Origin: an uncultured bacterium
Lineage (GTDB): Bacteria > Krumholzibacteriota > Krumholzibacteriia > Krumholzibacteriales > Krumholzibacteriaceae
Reading direction: 5' to 3'
Assembly (NCBI GenBank): GCA_963786935.1
Contig: CAWBAN010000002.1
Coordinates: forward strand, 160,001 to 224,000
Length of the DNA stretch: 64,000 nucleotides
Shown here: piece after piece, positions 26,623-36,428 of the stretch
Layout of the letters: each line of letters opens with the position of its first letter
How positions within the stretch are numbered: the stretch's first letter is position 1
The notes under the pieces: generated by a model
The model's input: only the letters and a program-made list of their open reading frames with translations
The model's database searches: none
Told to the model about the DNA's origin: nothing
Position numbers and translations under genes: made by a program

Positions 26623-29600
26623 ATGAAAGCGCTCTCGGCGATTCTCGCGATCTCGATCATCGCGACATGTGTCTTCTCGACGGCGGGTGAGACCCGCGAC
26701 GCGGCGAGGCCCGGCCTGCGGCCCATCAGGGCGCAGTCGGAGCTCGAGACGAACGAGCTCGTCGATCCCGGGCTGCGCGGCCTCTACGAAGAGGCCGCGG
26801 TCGATACCTACTGCCTAGTCTGGTACGACTTCGAGCTCAGCAACTGGCAGGGGTGGACGCGGGAAGACGAGACCGCGCAGCGAGGCGTTTTCTTTCATGT
26901 GGACGATTTCGCGGGGCTCGCCGGCTACGCGCCCCTCGAAGGGACGAAATCGATGTGGTGCGGGGCGCGGCCGAACCCGGCCGATCCGTACTTCTGCGCG
27001 TGGGAAAGCGCGCCGGGATACGGCAACAGCTGGGATCAATTGCTATCCACCGGCGCGATGCCCTTCGTCGGTGTGCTCACGCTCTCGTATAGGATCTCGT
27101 ACGACGTGGAGCCGGATTACGAATTCGTGAGGGTCGAATACAGCAGGGCCGGAGGCTGGGAGGCGGCCGCGGCGTATACCGGGCAGAACGATACGATCGT
27201 CTCGCTCGCCATGCCGCTGACCTCCGCGCAAACGAAGCTGCGGTTCCGGTTCACGTCCGACGGGGCATGGAGCGACGAGGACGGTCTCTACGACACGGAC
27301 GGCGCCTGCGTCATCGACAGCATCAGCCTTTCCGACGTGGGTGCGTTCTCCGACTTCGAGGACTTCGAGGGGGCCTCGACAGGGGCGACATCGTCCGGGA
27401 TCTGGAGCGGGATGCTCGCCATCCCCTTCGGCATGTATTCGGGTCTCGCGTCGAATCTGAACGACAAGGATCCCTGCGGAGAGAATTTCACCTCGCTCAT
27501 CGTGTTCTACATCGGATCCACGGTCCCGAGCACGAGCTACCCCGGACTCTATGACACGCCGTTCTGCGTCGATGGGCAGCGCGGCGAGGGGGCCCTGTGC
27601 CAGAATGAACTGGTAGTCTCCCCCTTGATCGATACGAGGAGATATTCGACGCGGCGCGACGGGGTCCAAGACGGGGCAATCTCTCCGGGAGAACTCCCGG
27701 CGCTCGGCGGATTCATATTCCGATACGCGATCTACATGGATCAGCCGATGGCGAATCTGGTCTTCCACCTGTGGCACGTGCGCAATGTCGTGAACGGCTG
27801 CCCGGGCCGATGGCTCGACAGGAACTACGCCGTATGGGATTCCTACTACTGGGGCTTCTATGCCTGGGATGTGAGCGATCTTCTGTCGAGCGACACGGTG
27901 CAGGTCGCCGTCGGCGTCGTCGACATGTGCGACACGTGGTATCTCGTGCAGGGGAACTGCGCGCAGCACACGCCGGCGCCGTGGTTCGATAACGTCCGCC
28001 TGTATCGGTACGCCGACACGGGTCCGGATATGTACTCCCGCGATCTCGATCTCTTTCAGGACAACTTCCCGCAGCAGGAGTTCGACATCGAGAGCTACGT
28101 GCGCGCGGACGCCGCGAACGACATCAACACGAACGACAACCTGGTCATCCGCCCGGGGGATTCGGTTGTCATCAGTGGCGGCGCGTATAATGGTGAAAGC
28201 GACATCGCCGCCGATCCGACATACGGAGGGCCGGCCGTGTATCTTCACGTAAAATGCTTGTACATCGGCGCCGATCCGGCCAAGCCGGACGTCTACGGAC
28301 CGTCGCTCGCGGGGAGCGTCCTCACCGGGCCGCCCGGCTCGCAGTATACGATCAATTTCAATTACATCGGCGACGACGGAATATGGACGGTCATCCAGTG
28401 CGACAGCGCCCGCACCGCCGCCCATGTCATCGCCAACATGTACTGCGTTGACCTGAACGACGAGCTTTTCACGCGAGGATACGAGATCGAGTACTACTTC
28501 ATTGCCCGCGATGTCGCGGGTGGCGAGCGCGCTCACCCGAAGTGGGCCCGCTCCCGGGGGCCCTACTTTGAATGGACGTGCCTCCCGACCGGGAAATCCC
28601 CCGTCCTCTTCGTCGACGACTCGCGCTATTCCCAAGTGGCGGCGTATCCGGGCGGCGGCGCCCGCGAGTATTGGGACCGCGCGTGGGATGCGCTCGAGGA
28701 TCCCGATTCGCCCGACCGGTACGACGTGAACAGCCCTTCGTCGGGAGTTTCGAACGGGCCCGGGAGCCGCGCGAAGAGCAATCATCTCACGACATACTAC
28801 GACGTGATCGTCTGGGACTGCGGCGACAATTATTCGGTCACGATCACGGACGGCACGGTGAACAGCGACAAATCGAACGACTGCCGGATGCTCATCGACT
28901 GGATGAACCTCAGCGAGCACGACGTCGGGCTCTGGATCTGCGGCGACGACGTTGCCTACGATCTGGATAATATGGGATCGACCCCGGCGCTCACCCTTAT
29001 GAACACGTGGTGCGGTGTCGACTTCCTTTCGGAGAGCTACTTCAATGAGACCGGCGGCCGCACGGGCGGCGGCATCGTCTATCCGCTCGTCACGGGGGAC
29101 GCAGACGCGGGCATCTTCGTCCACGGCGGGGTTCCCGATTCGCTCTACGCCGACGGCGGCTGCTGGGTCTTGAACAGTTTCGACGTGATCGGCAAGACCG
29201 CCAATGGCGAATACGCGCTCAGCTATCCGCCGTACTCGGCGCAGAACTACTATGCCGCGATCGCGTCGGAGCAACTGAACGCCGGGGGCTACTTCGCGCG
29301 CACGATGTGGTTCGGATTCGGATTCCAGTACGTCCGCGACGCCGCAATGGAGGACATTCCGATTCGAGTGCATCTCGCGCACGACGTGTTCACGTGGATG
29401 GCGGTGGGGTGCAACCAGCCCGGCTGCGACGAGAAGCTCACGCCAGCCGGGGCGCCGAAGGCCTACGCCCTCGCCCAGAACTATCCGAATCCCTTCAATC
29501 CGATGACGACGATCAAGTACGACATGAAGGCGAAGGGGCTCGTGACAGTGAAGATCTACGACGTGGCGGGGCGTCTGGTGCGGACGCTCGTGAACGAGGT

Positions 29601-29736
29601 GAAGGACGCGGGCGCGTACTCGGCGGTCTGGGACGGCCGGAACAACGGCGGGTCGAGCGTGGCGAGCGGGATCTACTTCTACAAGATGGAGACCGCGGGT
29701 TTCGGGGCGACGAAGAAGCTCGTGATGCTGAGATGA
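26623..29736 (+). CDS. Large secreted protein, paralog 2, with FlgD-Ig/T9SS-like C-terminal domain
   Basis: MKALSAILAI; LRFRFTSDGAW; QNYPNPFNP...WDGRN...ASGIYFYKM...KKLVMLR. Confidence 0.85.
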   Translation: MKALSAILAISIIATCVFSTAGETRDAARPGLRPIRAQSELETNELVDPGLRGLYEEAAVDTYCLVWYDFELSNWQGWTREDETAQRGVFFHVDDFAGLAGYAPLEGTKSMWCGARPNPADPYFCAWESAPGYGNSWDQLLSTGAMPFVGVLTLSYRISYDVEPDYEFVRVEYSRAGGWEAAAAYTGQNDTIVSLAMPLTSAQTKLRFRFTSDGAWSDEDGLYDTDGACVIDSISLSDVGAFSDFEDFEGASTGATSSGIWSGMLAIPFGMYSGLASNLNDKDPCGENFTSLIVFYIGSTVPSTSYPGLYDTPFCVDGQRGEGALCQNELVVSPLIDTRRYSTRRDGVQDGAISPGELPALGGFIFRYAIYMDQPMANLVFHLWHVRNVVNGCPGRWLDRNYAVWDSYYWGFYAWDVSDLLSSDTVQVAVGVVDMCDTWYLVQGNCAQHTPAPWFDNVRLYRYADTGPDMYSRDLDLFQDNFPQQEFDIESYVRADAANDINTNDNLVIRPGDSVVISGGAYNGESDIAADPTYGGPAVYLHVKCLYIGADPAKPDVYGPSLAGSVLTGPPGSQYTINFNYIGDDGIWTVIQCDSARTAAHVIANMYCVDLNDELFTRGYEIEYYFIARDVAGGERAHPKWARSRGPYFEWTCLPTGKSPVLFVDDSRYSQVAAYPGGGAREYWDRAWDALEDPDSPDRYDVNSPSSGVSNGPGSRAKSNHLTTYYDVIVWDCGDNYSVTITDGTVNSDKSNDCRMLIDWMNLSEHDVGLWICGDDVAYDLDNMGSTPALTLMNTWCGVDFLSESYFNETGGRTGGGIVYPLVTGDADAGIFVHGGVPDSLYADGGCWVLNSFDVIGKTANGEYALSYPPYSAQNYYAAIASEQLNAGGYFARTMWFGFGFQYVRDAAMEDIPIRVHLAHDVFTWMAVGCNQPGCDEKLTPAGAPKAYALAQNYPNPFNPMTTIKYDMKAKGLVTVKIYDVAGRLVRTLVNEVKDAGAYSAVWDGRNNGGSSVASGIYFYKMETAGFGATKKLVMLR

Positions 29737-29784
29737 AGGGGCAAGGGGCTGCGAAATCGGCAGTTACTTCTTGCACAATAATGA

Positions 29785-29813
29785 TTTACACGAAGCCCGA
29801 TTTGTGCTAGAAT
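29785..29813 (+). promoter_or_regulatory. sigma70-type promoter, copy B
   Basis: TTTACA-N17-TAGAAT with an extended TG. Confidence 0.7.
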
Positions 29814-29819
29814 ACGTCC

Positions 29820-30067
29820 AGCGGTTGAGTCTGCGGTGCAACAACAGAGCTGATGAATGAATCGCGGTCGGAAACTGCCATCTCCCACCCCCACTGGCGT
29901 CTTCCGTTACCCGAAAAGCGAGCTCGTGAAACGGCGGGGCCGTGCCGGTAAAAGGCGCGCCGATACCGTCTTCCATATATGGAATAGTATAGGCCGCTCG
30001 AATGAGTCCCCGGGCGCCCGGCAAAATCGGCAGCATGTCCTTAAACGGGATGGGGGGTAAGGACATG
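29820..30067 (+). ncRNA. Candidate structured cis-regulatory 5' leader, copy B
   Basis: 29877-29924 is identical to copy A. A 10-bp CATGTCCTTA/TAAGGACATG stem covers the start codon. Confidence 0.55.
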
Positions 30068-33000
30068 AAAGCTCTCTCGGCGATCCTCGCGATCGCAATC
30101 ATCGTGACATGTGTCTCCTCGCCGGTCGCGGCGCGCGATCCTCTCGAGCAGCGGATTCGCGCCGCGCGGGCGGAGCAGCCGCTCGAGTCCGCGGCCTACC
30201 CGGACCTCATCGATCCGGGGCTTCGCGGATTCACGGAATCCGCCGCGGTCGACACGTACTGCCTCGTCTGGTACACCTTCGAGCAGATGAACTGGATGGG
30301 GTGGACGCGCTTCGACAATACCGCACCGGCGAACTATAGTGGCTGGCACGTGGATGATTTCGCCGGGCTCGGCGGAAATCTCGCCCCGCTCGAAGGCACG
30401 AAATCTCTCTGGTGCGGCGCCCGGCCGAATCCGGCGGATCCGTACCTCTGCACGTGGCTCAGCGCGCCGGGATACGGCAATTACTGGCGCCAGAATCTCT
30501 CCACGACGTTCTGCGCATGCTGCGATGACGGCCCCCCGTTGCCGAGGTTCGGCCCGATAACCTTCGCATACAAGATCGCGTACGATCTCGAGCCCGACCA
30601 CGATTTCGTCGTCGTCGAGTACGACTCCCACTGCCGGGACTGGGTAGAGCTGACCACGTACACGGGGCAGGGAAGCGCGACGGAGGAGTTCTATATCCCC
30701 GGCAATTTCACGCGGACGAAGCTGCGGTTCAGGTTCACGTCCGATGAAGCAGGGAGCGACGAGGACGGCCTCTTCAATTCAGACGGCGCCTGCATCGTGG
30801 ACAGCCTCTGCGTATCCGATTCCGTCGGGGTCGTTTTCTTCGAGGATTGCGAGAGCGCACCCGTCGGCCAGACGTGGGCGAGCATCTGGATGGGATTGTC
30901 GGGGAATGCCTACGGGAAGTACTCCGGCCTCAAGAACAATCTCGTGGATAAAGATCCCTGCGGCGAAAACCTCGCCACGCAAATCGTGTTCTTCATCGGC
31001 GCCCCCGATCCGCTCCCGGGTTACCCGTGGCCGGGAATCTTTGCCACGCCGTTCTGCCATGGCTCCACCGAGATCCTCTGTCAGAACGAGATGGTGATCT
31101 CTCCCGTCATCGACATGAAGAAGTACTCGACGGCCCGCAACAACGTTCAGAACGGAACGATTCCGGCGGGAGAGCTTCCGGGTCTTCAGGGGGCGCTCCT
31201 GCGCTATACGGTCTATGCGGACCTTCCCTATGAGAATCTGGTCTTCTACCGGTGGCGCGTGCGATCGATCGAAAACGGCCGCGCGGGCCGGTGGTTGGAC
31301 AGAAATCTCCTCTACTGGCATGACGGCACGGATTACCTTTACGGAGCCGAAGAAGTGGGCGACCTCATCACGAGCGACAGCGTCCAGATCGCGGTCGGCG
31401 TGATCGACATGTGCGGCGTCTGGTATGCCGGTCCCGGCTCGTGCGTCGAGCATACGCCCGCGCCGTGGTTCGACAATATCCGGCTCTATCGCTACGCGAC
31501 GGTCGGGCCGCAGTGGAGCTGGCGCGCCATGGATCTTTTCCAGGACAACTTCGCCTCGACCGATTCGATCGGAGGATTCGTCAGGGCGGACATGGCGCAG
31601 GATATCAACGATCCCGATAATCCCTCGATACGCCCGGGAGATTCGATCGTAGTGCGCTGCACTTCGGTCGGCGGTGGGGGCATCGCGGCCGATCCGGCCG
31701 GAGGCCCGGCGGTGTACATGCATGTGAAATGCGCGTCCATCGGGTATCCGGTGAAGCCCGCGCTCTACGGGCCGTCGCTGGCCGGCACCTATGGATCGTA
31801 CAAGAGCGACGACGGCACGTGGACGATCATTCAGGGGGACACGGCGAGGATCGGCTCATACGTCTACCCGGATTACTACATGTTCGATCTCAATGACGAG
31901 CTATTCACCTACGGCTACATGATCGAATACTACTTCACCGCGAATGATGTCGCAGGCGCACATACGGCGCTCCCGCGCGGGGCGGATCAGTTCGCGACCG
32001 AGAGTCCCTACGACAAGAGCAGCTACTACTTCGAGTTTACGTGCCTCCCGACGATGACGAGTGACATGCTCTATGTCGACGATTACGACGGGATCGGATC
32101 GTTCGACGGCCTCGTGCAGAATTATTTTGACAGAACCTTCAAGGACGTCATAGTGCCGCCCTTCTATCCCGACCGCTACGACGTGAAGGCGCCCGGGTCG
32201 CTCGTCTCGAACAGCCTCGCGAGCCGCGCGCGCCTGAGCCATCTGCTCGAGATATACAATCTCGTCATCTGGGACAGCGGCGATCTCTCCGCAGGAACGA
32301 TCTGCGACGGCACGGCGGGCGGGGACAAGAGCGACGACTGCACGCTGCTGGCGGCCTGGATGGATGCGGCCGAGGGAAACCAGCACGGCGTTTGGATCCT
32401 CGGCGACAACGTGGCGGAGGATCTCACCGCGCGGACTTCGCCGCAGAGCCAGGCGCTCCTCGGCACGTGGTGCGGCGTCTCGCTGAAGAACGGGAGCTAT
32501 TTCAAGCTGACGGGCAAGGGCGTCGTGACGCCGCTCGTCACGGGCGTCTCGAGTACGTTCATGCACGCCGGCGTGTCCGACAAATTCTACGTCTACGGGG
32601 GCTGCCCCGGGCTGAACGCCTTCGACGTTCTCGAGAAAGTGGGAACCGGCCAGTACGCGCTCAAGTATCCGGACTACGGCGGCTCGGCCCAGTATGCGGC
32701 GATTCAGGCCGAGCGCACGAACGGCGTCGGCGTGGTCTCGAGAGCGATGTGGTTCGGATTCAGCTTGATGTTCATGCGCGACGACGTCCCGGGCGCGCCG
32801 GTAGACCGCAACCATATCTACCGCGACGTCACGAGGGGGTGGCTGATGGGAACTCTCACCTGGCCGAATATCACCGGTGCGGATGCGCCGAAGGCATACG
32901 CCCTCGCCCAGAACTTCCCGAACCCCTTCAATCCCTCGACGACGATTCGCTACGACATGAAGGCGAAGGGGCTCGTGACGGTGAAGATCTACGACGTCGC

Positions 33001-33169
33001 CGGAAGGCTCGTGCGGACGCTCGTGAACGAGGCGAAGGATGCGGGCGCCTATGCTGCGGTCTGGGACGGCCGGAACAACGGCGGCGTCGGCGTGGCGAGC
33101 GGGATCTATTTCTACAAGATGGAGACCAGCGCGTTCAGCGCGACGAAGAAGCTCGTTTTATTGCGATAG
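30065..33169 (+). CDS. Large secreted protein, paralog 3, with FlgD-Ig/T9SS-like C-terminal domain
   Basis: Same architecture and motifs as paralogs 1, 2 and 4. Confidence 0.85.
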   Translation: MKALSAILAIAIIVTCVSSPVAARDPLEQRIRAARAEQPLESAAYPDLIDPGLRGFTESAAVDTYCLVWYTFEQMNWMGWTRFDNTAPANYSGWHVDDFAGLGGNLAPLEGTKSLWCGARPNPADPYLCTWLSAPGYGNYWRQNLSTTFCACCDDGPPLPRFGPITFAYKIAYDLEPDHDFVVVEYDSHCRDWVELTTYTGQGSATEEFYIPGNFTRTKLRFRFTSDEAGSDEDGLFNSDGACIVDSLCVSDSVGVVFFEDCESAPVGQTWASIWMGLSGNAYGKYSGLKNNLVDKDPCGENLATQIVFFIGAPDPLPGYPWPGIFATPFCHGSTEILCQNEMVISPVIDMKKYSTARNNVQNGTIPAGELPGLQGALLRYTVYADLPYENLVFYRWRVRSIENGRAGRWLDRNLLYWHDGTDYLYGAEEVGDLITSDSVQIAVGVIDMCGVWYAGPGSCVEHTPAPWFDNIRLYRYATVGPQWSWRAMDLFQDNFASTDSIGGFVRADMAQDINDPDNPSIRPGDSIVVRCTSVGGGGIAADPAGGPAVYMHVKCASIGYPVKPALYGPSLAGTYGSYKSDDGTWTIIQGDTARIGSYVYPDYYMFDLNDELFTYGYMIEYYFTANDVAGAHTALPRGADQFATESPYDKSSYYFEFTCLPTMTSDMLYVDDYDGIGSFDGLVQNYFDRTFKDVIVPPFYPDRYDVKAPGSLVSNSLASRARLSHLLEIYNLVIWDSGDLSAGTICDGTAGGDKSDDCTLLAAWMDAAEGNQHGVWILGDNVAEDLTARTSPQSQALLGTWCGVSLKNGSYFKLTGKGVVTPLVTGVSSTFMHAGVSDKFYVYGGCPGLNAFDVLEKVGTGQYALKYPDYGGSAQYAAIQAERTNGVGVVSRAMWFGFSLMFMRDDVPGAPVDRNHIYRDVTRGWLMGTLTWPNITGADAPKAYALAQNFPNPFNPSTTIRYDMKAKGLVTVKIYDVAGRLVRTLVNEAKDAGAYAAVWDGRNNGGVGVASGIYFYKMETSAFSATKKLVLLR

Positions 33170-33226
33170 ATGCCGGCGGAATCCGGCGGGAACGAACGCG
33201 TGTCCTGAAACGATGGGGGTATGGAC

Positions 33227-36200
33227 ATGAAGGCTCTCTCGGCGATCCTCGCAATCGCGATGCTCGCGCTGTGTCTTTCCATGCCTGCGGCGGCGCGAGA
33301 TCCGCTCAAGCAGGAGCTCAGTATCCACCGCTCGGAGCAGCCGCCGTCCCCGGGGGAATTCGACGAGTTTCTCGATCCGGGGCTCCGCGAGTTCACGGAA
33401 GCGGCGGTCGACACCTACTGCATCGTCTGGTACACCTTCGAGCAAATGAACTGGCAGGGATGGACGAGATTCGACGCCACCGCCCAGCGCGGAGACTTCT
33501 GGCACGTCGACGATTTCGTCGGTCTCGGCGGGGGGAGCTACGGCGGTCTCGTCCCGATCGAGGGAACGAAGTCAATGTGGTGCGGCGTACGCCCGAGCAC
33601 GACCGATCCGTATCTCTGCTCGTGGCACGACGCTCCCGGTTACGGCAACGACTGGATTCAGTATCTCGGCACGGCCTCGTTCAACTTCGCCGGCACGATT
33701 ACGCTCTCGTATCGGATGCATTACGACTCGGAGCCGGACTACGACTACACGCGGGTCGAGTACGACGCGGGCGGCAACGATTGGCGGCTCCTTGCCGAGT
33801 ATACCGGCGCGGGCGACACGATCGGCGCGGACGTCATCAGATCGGCCCGCGTGAAGACGAAGCTCCGTTTCCGCTTCACCTCCGATGGCGCCTGGAGCGA
33901 CGACGACGGCCTCTGGAACACGGACGGAGGCTGCATCGTGGACGCGATACGCGTGCAGGACGCGGCCGCGCTCAATAACTATCAGGATTTCGAGGCCGCC
34001 GCCATCGGGGCGAAGATCGCCGGGATTTGGACGGGAAAGGCAGAGCCGGGGTACGGCATGTGTTCGGGCCTCAAGAACAATCTCTCGGACAAGGATCCCT
34101 GCAACGACAACTTCGCGACGCAGATCGTCTTCATTGTCGGTTCGCCGATGCCTTGTGATCCATGGGGGGGGCTGTGCGACACGCCGTTTTGCATGGGCAC
34201 GGGCGGCGTTAAAGCTCCGTGTCAGAACGAGCTCGTCATGTCGCCCGTCATCGACATGACGAAGTACTCGACTGCGTGCAACGGCACGCAGAACGCGAGC
34301 ATTCCCGCCGGCGATCTCTCGCAGCTCGGCGGCGCCACACTCCGCTTCACGGTCTATCGCGATCTGCCCCTCGAGAACCTCGTGTTCTATCGGTGGCACG
34401 TGAGGAGCGTTGTGGGCGGGTGTCCGGGGCAGTGGCGCGACGATGGACAATTCAATTACGGAGCCGAGGAGGCGTACGTAATCGAGGATAAGAACGTCAG
34501 CGCATACGTCGGGAGCGCCCCCATCCAGATAGGACTCCGCGTCGTCGACATGTGCGACGAGTGGTATCTGATCTACGGGAACTGTGCATCGCACACGCCC
34601 ACGCCTTGGTTCGACAACGTCCGGCTGTATCGCTACAAGACGTTCGGTCCGCAGTGGAGCTACCGGGACATCGATCTCTTTCAGGACAACTTCCCCGAGC
34701 AGGAGTTCGCGATCGAAAGCTACGTGCGCGCCGACGCGGCGAACGATCTCAATGCCAACGACGATCCCTCCATACGCCCCGGAGATTCGATCGTCGTCGA
34801 CTGCAGCTCGCTCCTCGCCGGCGGACTTGCGATGGATCCGGGCGGGGGCCCCGCGGTCTATATGCACGCGAAGTGTTCCTATATCGGGCCGGCGCCGCTG
34901 AAGCCGGCGCTTTTCGGGCCGTCTCTCGCCGGCAGCGTCGTGACCGGGCCTTTCGGCGGGCAGTATACGATCGATTTCAATTATGTGAGCGACGACGGCG
35001 TTTGGACGATCATTCAGGGAGACACGGCGCGGACCGCTGGAGGCATTCTCGAGGGCGAGTACATGTTCGATCTGGACGACGCCCTCTTCACGAGGGGCTA
35101 CATGATCGAATACTATTTCACCGCGCTCGACGTTTCGGGACAGGAGTCGGCGCTCCCGCGCTGGGCGCGGTCGTTCGGGCCGTACTTCGAGTTCACGTGC
35201 CTGCCGACGACGAACAGCGACGTCCTCTTCGTCGACGATTACGGCCGGCGCGGAACGTTCGTGGGAACGGTCGAGGACTACTGGATGGCCACGTTTAGGC
35301 ATGTCCTGCCGGCTCCGAACGCGATTGTAGACAAGTACGACGTCAACGATCCGTCGTCCGGAAGCTCCAACGGCTTGGGAAGCCGCGCGAAGCTGAAGCA
35401 TCTCATCGATCACTACAACATCATCGTATGGGACAGCGGCGACCTCGAAACCATCACGATCAGTGACGGCACGACGAACAGCGACAAGTCGAACGACTGC
35501 CAGGTGCTCATCGACTGGATGAGCATCAGCGAGCACATCTGCGGCCTCTGGATCTGCGGCGACGACGTTGCCGCGAACCTCGATGGGCTCGCGTCGACCC
35601 CGGCGCTCGAGCTCATGAGCACGTGGTGCGGCGTCGATTTCGTCGCGACGAGCTACTTCGAGGCGAGCGGCGGGCGTACGGGAGGCGGCATCGTGACACC
35701 GCTTCTCACGGGATCTGCCGATGCGAATATCTTCAGGCACGGCGGCGTGCCCGACATGCTGTACGCGTACGGCGGCTGCCCGATCGTCAACAAGTTCGAC
35801 GTGCTCGAGAAGACGGCCAACGGCAAGTACGCGCTCAGCTATCCCGTTTACAACTCGGTGAACCGGTATGCGGCGGTTGCGTGCAGGCAGCAGAACTCGG
35901 GCGGATACAATGTGAATACCATGTGGTTCGGATTCAGCTGGCAGTACGTCCGTGATGATGTCCGCGTGGCGCCGATCGACCGGTTCGAGATTGCGCATGA
36001 CGTGCTGAATTTCATGCAGGTGCCCGGCAACGTCGACATCACGCAGTCCGCGATTCCGAAGGCCTACCGGCTCGCCCAGAACTTCCCGAACCCGTTCAAT
36101 CCCTCGACGACGATCAAGTACGACATGAAGGCGAAGGGGCTCGTGACGGTGAAGATCTACGACGTCGCGGGGCGTCTCGTGCGGACGCTCGTGAACGAGG

Positions 36201-36337
36201 TGAAGGATGCGGGCGCCTATGCTGCGGTCTGGGACGGCCGGAACAACGGCGGCGTCGGCGTGGCGAGCGGGATCTATTTCTACAAGATGGAGACCGCGGG
36301 CTTCGTCGCGACGAAGAAGCTCGTGATGCTGCGGTAA
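33227..36337 (+). CDS. Large secreted protein, paralog 4, with FlgD-Ig/T9SS-like C-terminal domain
   Basis: Same architecture and motifs as paralogs 1-3. Confidence 0.85.
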   Translation: MKALSAILAIAMLALCLSMPAAARDPLKQELSIHRSEQPPSPGEFDEFLDPGLREFTEAAVDTYCIVWYTFEQMNWQGWTRFDATAQRGDFWHVDDFVGLGGGSYGGLVPIEGTKSMWCGVRPSTTDPYLCSWHDAPGYGNDWIQYLGTASFNFAGTITLSYRMHYDSEPDYDYTRVEYDAGGNDWRLLAEYTGAGDTIGADVIRSARVKTKLRFRFTSDGAWSDDDGLWNTDGGCIVDAIRVQDAAALNNYQDFEAAAIGAKIAGIWTGKAEPGYGMCSGLKNNLSDKDPCNDNFATQIVFIVGSPMPCDPWGGLCDTPFCMGTGGVKAPCQNELVMSPVIDMTKYSTACNGTQNASIPAGDLSQLGGATLRFTVYRDLPLENLVFYRWHVRSVVGGCPGQWRDDGQFNYGAEEAYVIEDKNVSAYVGSAPIQIGLRVVDMCDEWYLIYGNCASHTPTPWFDNVRLYRYKTFGPQWSYRDIDLFQDNFPEQEFAIESYVRADAANDLNANDDPSIRPGDSIVVDCSSLLAGGLAMDPGGGPAVYMHAKCSYIGPAPLKPALFGPSLAGSVVTGPFGGQYTIDFNYVSDDGVWTIIQGDTARTAGGILEGEYMFDLDDALFTRGYMIEYYFTALDVSGQESALPRWARSFGPYFEFTCLPTTNSDVLFVDDYGRRGTFVGTVEDYWMATFRHVLPAPNAIVDKYDVNDPSSGSSNGLGSRAKLKHLIDHYNIIVWDSGDLETITISDGTTNSDKSNDCQVLIDWMSISEHICGLWICGDDVAANLDGLASTPALELMSTWCGVDFVATSYFEASGGRTGGGIVTPLLTGSADANIFRHGGVPDMLYAYGGCPIVNKFDVLEKTANGKYALSYPVYNSVNRYAAVACRQQNSGGYNVNTMWFGFSWQYVRDDVRVAPIDRFEIAHDVLNFMQVPGNVDITQSAIPKAYRLAQNFPNPFNPSTTIKYDMKAKGLVTVKIYDVAGRLVRTLVNEVKDAGAYAAVWDGRNNGGVGVASGIYFYKMETAGFVATKKLVMLR

Positions 36338-36395
36338 TGCAAGCTCGCGCCGAATTGAAGCGGAAGCCCGTTTAAGCGGCAGCAGGCATCAGACG

Positions 36396-36428
36396 AAAGG
36401 CCCGGCGTTTTCCGCCGGGCCTCTCTAT
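36396..36428. terminator. Hairpin between convergent genes, probably a bidirectional terminator
   Basis: AGGCCCGGCG-loop-CGCCGGGCCT with AAA on the left and a CT-rich stretch on the right. Confidence 0.55.

Noticed and set aside
26290..36337. Near-identical 3' ends of the four paralogs as a diversity-generating retroelement TR/VR pair
   Set aside because: No reverse transcriptase in the window, differences are not adenine-specific, and all copies are coding.
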